Assembly: GCA_964016885.1 (NCBI GenBank)
Contig: OZ024743.1
Span: 110,608,001 to 110,672,000 of the forward strand
Source of the DNA: Eledone cirrhosa
Lineage: Eukaryota
Length of the DNA stretch: 64,000 nt
Direction: 5' to 3'
Position numbers and translations under genes: made by a program. This document shows, piece by piece, positions 58,304 to 64,000 of this stretch (positions are counted from its first letter, which is position 1; the number at the start of each line of letters is the position of its first letter). Under the pieces are notes generated by a model. The model did no database searches and had not been told where the DNA came from. It saw nothing but the letters and a program-made list of their open reading frames with translations.

Positions 58304-58821
58304 GTAGATGGAACATACTTGGATAAAACATTCCATTTATAAAAAAAAAAAGAGGAGAAACATTGGTAGCGAATGATAACTGGAAAATCACACATATAAC
58401 AATTTCTTTTGAAACGCTAGCTCTTTAAACTGTTTTTATTATTTTTCTTTAGAATATTCTAATTTCAAATCTGAAATTATATTCACCACAATACCGATTA
58501 CTATGATAATATTGGGGGGAAAATAGATAAAGTGCCCATGGAGAAGGAAACAACGGGCTGAGGCTCCTGCCTGAGGGAAATCGAAGCAAGCATTTTTCTT
58601 ACATATGGAGTGCTCCTTTAACAACTCAGCCCGAGGATTCCTGTGATTGAAAAACTTAGGAATTATTCGTAAACTAGCAATTTGGAAATATATTTAGTTT
58701 AACGGTAAAACGCACAAGAGAGATGCTTGTTTCGATTACTTGATTCATTTCTGTTTACTATTAGACAAACACAGATACACACACGCATACACACCCAAAC
58801 ACACACCAACACACACACACA

Positions 58822-58878
<57 letters not shown>

Positions 58879-59121
58879 GTATACATATATATATATCAAG
58901 CATTTACACGATACAAAAAGATAAAGCAATTGATATCTGATCTTCATGCTTACGCCTAGGCGTTTATACCTAAGATTATTGCAGATAAGTAAGGACATTC
59001 GAATTTACGGCAATTTAAGAATATAAATTGTGTCGCTTATTATATAGCTCAGCCACATGGTAAATTATCACAGGCGCTGTTCGGAATCAGATACAACACA
59101 TGGCGCGTAACGATGCAAACA

Positions 59122-59155
<34 letters not shown>

Positions 59156-59163
59156 CATATACT

Positions 59164-59277
<114 letters not shown>

Positions 59278-60464
59278 GAGAAGAAAGAAGAATAATGCGT
59301 TGTTGCACATGGGTTACATATGATAAAATTAGTCCTTCGTCAGTGATTTGCCAACCATCATTGATATTTCGTCGCAATTCGCCAATGCCCAACGATGAAT
59401 AAAAAAAAGGACGGGAAAATTAGCACGAGAGATACAAAGAAATAGAATATCATCTAATGCCAATATTCCCGAAAGTAGACCATCGAAACTGAATGAATTA
59501 AATTACAGAAGCCGGTATGTAATCTAAAAGTAGGACAATATGTAAAGGAAAAACGAGGGCCTTTAAAATAAATCTTATGTTATCTATTCAACTGCAGGCG
59601 GAAGAATAAATGAAGCTAGGGATATAGCATGCGAAGGGTTGCACAAACATACCTATAAAACTTCTTTTCTCAGGTAATAATTCTTCTCTCAGGTAATCTT
59701 TACCAGGATCCTGACTATTTGAATCAGTAGAAGAGTGTTTAATTTTAAATATACATATAGTATTAAAATGCAAGTAGGTTGTTAGGCTGATGATGTGGGA
59801 GATATTTGCAAAACGGCTATTGTGAACATATTTATTAGTACTTATAAACCTCTTGAAGAATGTAAGCTATATGTATTTGTATATCCATTGACATTTGAAG
59901 AGAAGCTAAAACATGAGACGGGAATCTATGTCTCTAAGATAATTGACGAGGACGATTTTTATTTGATTTGTTTTTCAGGTTCGTTTATTATCGATTCCAA
60001 ATGCGTTTCATTTGGGAGTAAATGTTTAATTGTGATAAACAATTTTCACAAATATTAACCCTTTACACGAAGGTACGGTGTGATTTGTAAGGAATGTGGG
60101 TGGTAGTTTTATCAGATGAAGTAATCATGGAGAGATTATTTCGGTGATTAATGAAGACGGTTATGTTACATATGAGATACGTATAGTAGTTAGAAATTAA
60201 TTCCTACAATATTTGATTACTTATTTCAGAAAATGTTTTTTTTTAAGTTTAAAATCATTTATATATCTGGAAAGTAAAGTTACATGTTTACTTGGAGGAC
60301 CCTGTACGAATTAAACAAATGTTAACGATAGCAATAAATGTATCATTAGAGAAATGAAATTTGACCCCAAATCTGTCACAATGCGGTGCTTCACTAATTG
60401 CGTCATACAATGCGTAAATACGACTGGACGACAGAATGTTATATACATATAATATATATATATT

Positions 60465-60508
<44 letters not shown>

Positions 60509-60527
60509 TATATATATATATATGGAT

Positions 60528-60563
<36 letters not shown>

Positions 60564-62422
60564 ATCAATATATATGTATAAAAACAAGCATATAATTCTG
60601 CTTGTGCATATGAGTTTAACGTAATGTTAATTAAATGTAGCTGTAAGAATATCCTTAAGTAAACAGATTCTATTTAATATCGATTGAATTTCTGCGTTAC
60701 ATAATTAATTAAACAACAAATATTTAATTGACGTATAATCCACGCCACAAACCCATTCATTTACATTTTCCGTTGTTAAAGCAATCAGAAATATACCGTG
60801 CAACATAATATCTGTAACGAAGCAGACGTTGCAATCTCCCAGTTGCTGGAATTCAATACGCTTTCTTATTTGCGTTGGAATAACATAGGTTCAAATAAAA
60901 ATGTCTACAAGTTTATCTTCTAATTAATATTGGCATTAAGAAATTTACTTTGTAGTTACTAAGAGAGTGTTTCGTGCATCAGACACATCTGTTTCTCTTA
61001 AAAGGGACCAAAGATGAACAGAGTTGGGAAAGTAATCTGTTGAATGTCGTGAAGAGATACTACAAGGTAATTTATAGTTGATTATAGTTATTTGTTTTAT
61101 CTATATTATTTGGGTTGTGTACTTATAATTTGTGTTTAGTAACGCATCTGCATACATTGGGACTATGGTTATATTCTTTCAATAATACCATCTAGATGGG
61201 TTCTCCTAGAATAGCTTCTTTTCTTTGATGGATCATCTTTTGGTATTGGTGGTATTCAAGAATGAAAGATTTAATAAGAATATATGAATGTATGTATATA
61301 TATATATATGAGCCTCACAAATGCTGCTGCGATACCACCGTGGATGGATAATTTCCGTCAGTCTCATGCCATTACAGTGCTGGCTGCATTCCAAGCCATG
61401 CTGCCTTCACCAAAGGGGTTGGCAATAGGTCTGATGGAAGCATAATTGTTCCTTTCTGCGGGGACAAGGCCATCTTCTGAATGCTACAGCTGTGACACCT
61501 CATATTACAATATGGTGCGTTCGGCTAACAGACCGGCAAGCCGAAGAGGGCAAACTCTACAAGAAACGACCGGTCTCTGATAGGTGTATTATAGAGCTTG
61601 TAGTGCTGGAGACTTCCGTAGTTTGGGGTTCAGAGCACACATCCCTGCTCACGGCTATAGGAGCAGATTGTCTGCCCGTAGATGCGGAGCTTAAGTTAGT
61701 TGGAGAGGATAATATTCATTCGGATATCAAAAATATACACACATACACAACCAATTCCATATGATCCCGACTCAAAGTATCACACAGAGACATGGATCTC
61801 TGTACATATATGGTTTGGCTACATATAAGAATAGGAGCAGTTGTAGGCTACATGCCTTAGGAATCAAACCGGTACATATAGCTAACCTAATAAAATGAAT
61901 GTTCATAAATGCTTGATACTTTTAGTCAATAATTGCTTTCATAGACTTCATAACATTAACGCTAAAAAAATATATATATACTGAGGGTACGTTTGATTAT
62001 AACTCCAGCGAATAGAAATTTAGTTGCTCTAATGACAGACATAAATTATCATCTGGTAATACCAGGTAGAATAACTATATGAAAAGAACTGTTAAATAAC
62101 TTTCGCAATTCTAAACTTCCATAAATTTAGGAAGAAATTTGTTTATAGTTTGCTGCTGAAGCATGTGGTTACGAAATACATCGTCGGTAATTAAACATTT
62201 TTTAATGTGTTTATAAGTAATTGATCCTGAAGATTTGTTTATAAGGATATTGCTCACAATATCCTAAGGGAATGAAACGCATGTAGATCAAATAAATAAT
62301 GTATTAAATTTTGAACTTGGTGACTATGATCTAAGTGTATGTTTTCAATTACCCCTCGTATCGTAATTAAAATAAAAATACCCTTTCGTGTTTTCTTCTC
62401 TATATACTGTATTACATCCCCC

Positions 62423-62496
<74 letters not shown>

Positions 62497-62759
62497 ATAT
62501 GCATGTGTGTGTTTGTGCCGTGTTGTGTGTGTGTGGTATGGCTTGGTTAGGTGACTTCTGGCAGAATCAAAGAGGCACTATTGAGTCATTCGACTATTCT
62601 TGACCATTTATAAGACATCCAATGTCTATCACTCTCCATGCTAGAACACAGTAGCATCCTTCCAGAAAAGTATGGAGAGTGAGGGAGAGGAATTGAGAAC
62701 AAGATTATACAGAAATGATTCATCCCAGTACTAGGCAGGTATATTTTTATTCACTTAGA

Positions 62760-62960
62760 AATAATTGTTTCTACTTTAGGCACAAGGCCAGCAATTACAC
62801 AGTGCATTACTGGTACTTTATTGTATCGACCCCGTAAGGATGAAAGGCAAAGTCAACCTCGGCGGGATTTGAACTCAGATCGTAGAAATAATGGAAGTTT
62901 AATCGACGACAGAGGGATTTGAACTCAGAGAGCAGGGAACCGAAGCGAATACAGCAAAGC
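62760..62960 (-). mobile_element. tRNA-derived SINE copy plus a partial duplicate
   Basis: Same family as 49523-49713. Further fragments at ~34140-34200, ~44930-45060 and ~63110-63170. Confidence 0.85.
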
Positions 62961-64000
62961 ATTTAGTTATCATAGACACAATTCATATATATATTTCGAT
63001 ATCGCTAAATCGGTCAAATAATGCGCTTAGAAGGTGTTAATTGTACAATTGTATCGCATATTGGTAATGGATTGGTTTGTGAAAATACATATTTTCAAAA
63101 CAGTAATAATTGTTTCTACATTTGACACAAGGTCAGCAATTATGCATTGTACTACTGGTACTTTATTTAACGGCCCCTTTTATTTAACGGGTCATTTACA
63201 CTAATGACATGAGAAATATAGCAACCTATTTACTGATAGTGTATCAAAGTAAGATCTAATTCAATTGTCTCCTGCTAATACTAAATATTCACCAAGTAAC
63301 ACAAATTTGAGTACCAGACAAATTTGAGTATTAGACAATTAGGAGAAAGGGAAACGTAAATTGATTAGAAAAGGAGTGAGCACAAATGATATTGATATAC
63401 ATTACATTCCAAAGCTGTCAGAAGTTGAAATATTTAGGAAAAATATAATTAATCATTAATGGGGAAAATAATTGGTTAGAAAGGTGAGGAAAATTATGAA
63501 ATCTAAGTCAACCATTTTCTCAGCCAGATCTGGAGAACCTGAAAAAGTTGTATCAGGCATAGAATATGATGAATAACCAAAGCATGAGGTTGCTTCGTAC
63601 GGACTATATAATGTCGAACATTATTTTATCAAGACCCGCTAAAAAGGAATCACGTATATGTCCTGGTGGAAATTGTCCACACATTTATGGCACTATTATT
63701 TCTAATGTACAAACTACCAGACTGTGTGGGAAAAGGCCTCGGTGTTGCCTTTTAAATTTCTAGCACAATTAAAGGTTTAACATATATGTTCAAGTATCTA
63801 CTTACCATTAAGTAATTGAATTGGCAAACAACAAATTTAATTGCTTCACCATTTCTTCAACACTTTGGATCTTTTCTAGGTAGTAATGGTAGCCAGGCCT
63901 GTCCAGACAATTGAATTGATGATATATACAAAAACAAACACATTTATACAAAGATATAATTCACCAAGTCCAATAGTCTTGGTGACTTATTTCTTGGTTA

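Overview
AT-rich, repeat-dominated animal genomic DNA. The SINE family, the kilobase-long (TA)n/(TATACA)n arrays and the LINE repertoire suggest an octopus or other cephalopod (inference). I cannot support an intact host gene; there is only one candidate exon, at 49745-50049. The first ~30 kb is a (TA)n microsatellite field containing decayed Penelope-like elements (PLE; RT plus GIY-YIG), RTE LINEs with C-terminal C2H2 fingers, and a near-complete CR1-group LINE. It also holds about six distinct non-coding repeat families carrying intact, variant or truncated type I hammerhead ribozyme (HHR) motifs. These occur as head-to-tail multimers or terminally redundant monomers (466 bp x2.35, 591 bp x1.07, 615 bp x8), usually with an inverted 5' segment, and they run into (TA)n. 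That architecture is what reverse transcription of circular or multimeric self-cleaving RNAs (retrozyme-like) by a PLE enzyme would leave. Several HHR cores are non-canonical (U3:A8, C4, unpaired 10.1/11.1, very long stem II). The CR1-group LINE has a U_UUU_UUA slippery site leading into an ATG-less -1 frame that reaches the endonuclease motif. The second half of the window holds a full-length but frameshifted L1/Tx1 LINE, older Tx1, RTE and PLE fragments, tRNA-derived SINEs and a long diverged inverted repeat. Most ORFs in the supplied track are microsatellite artefacts. All RNA folds were read by eye and are untested.
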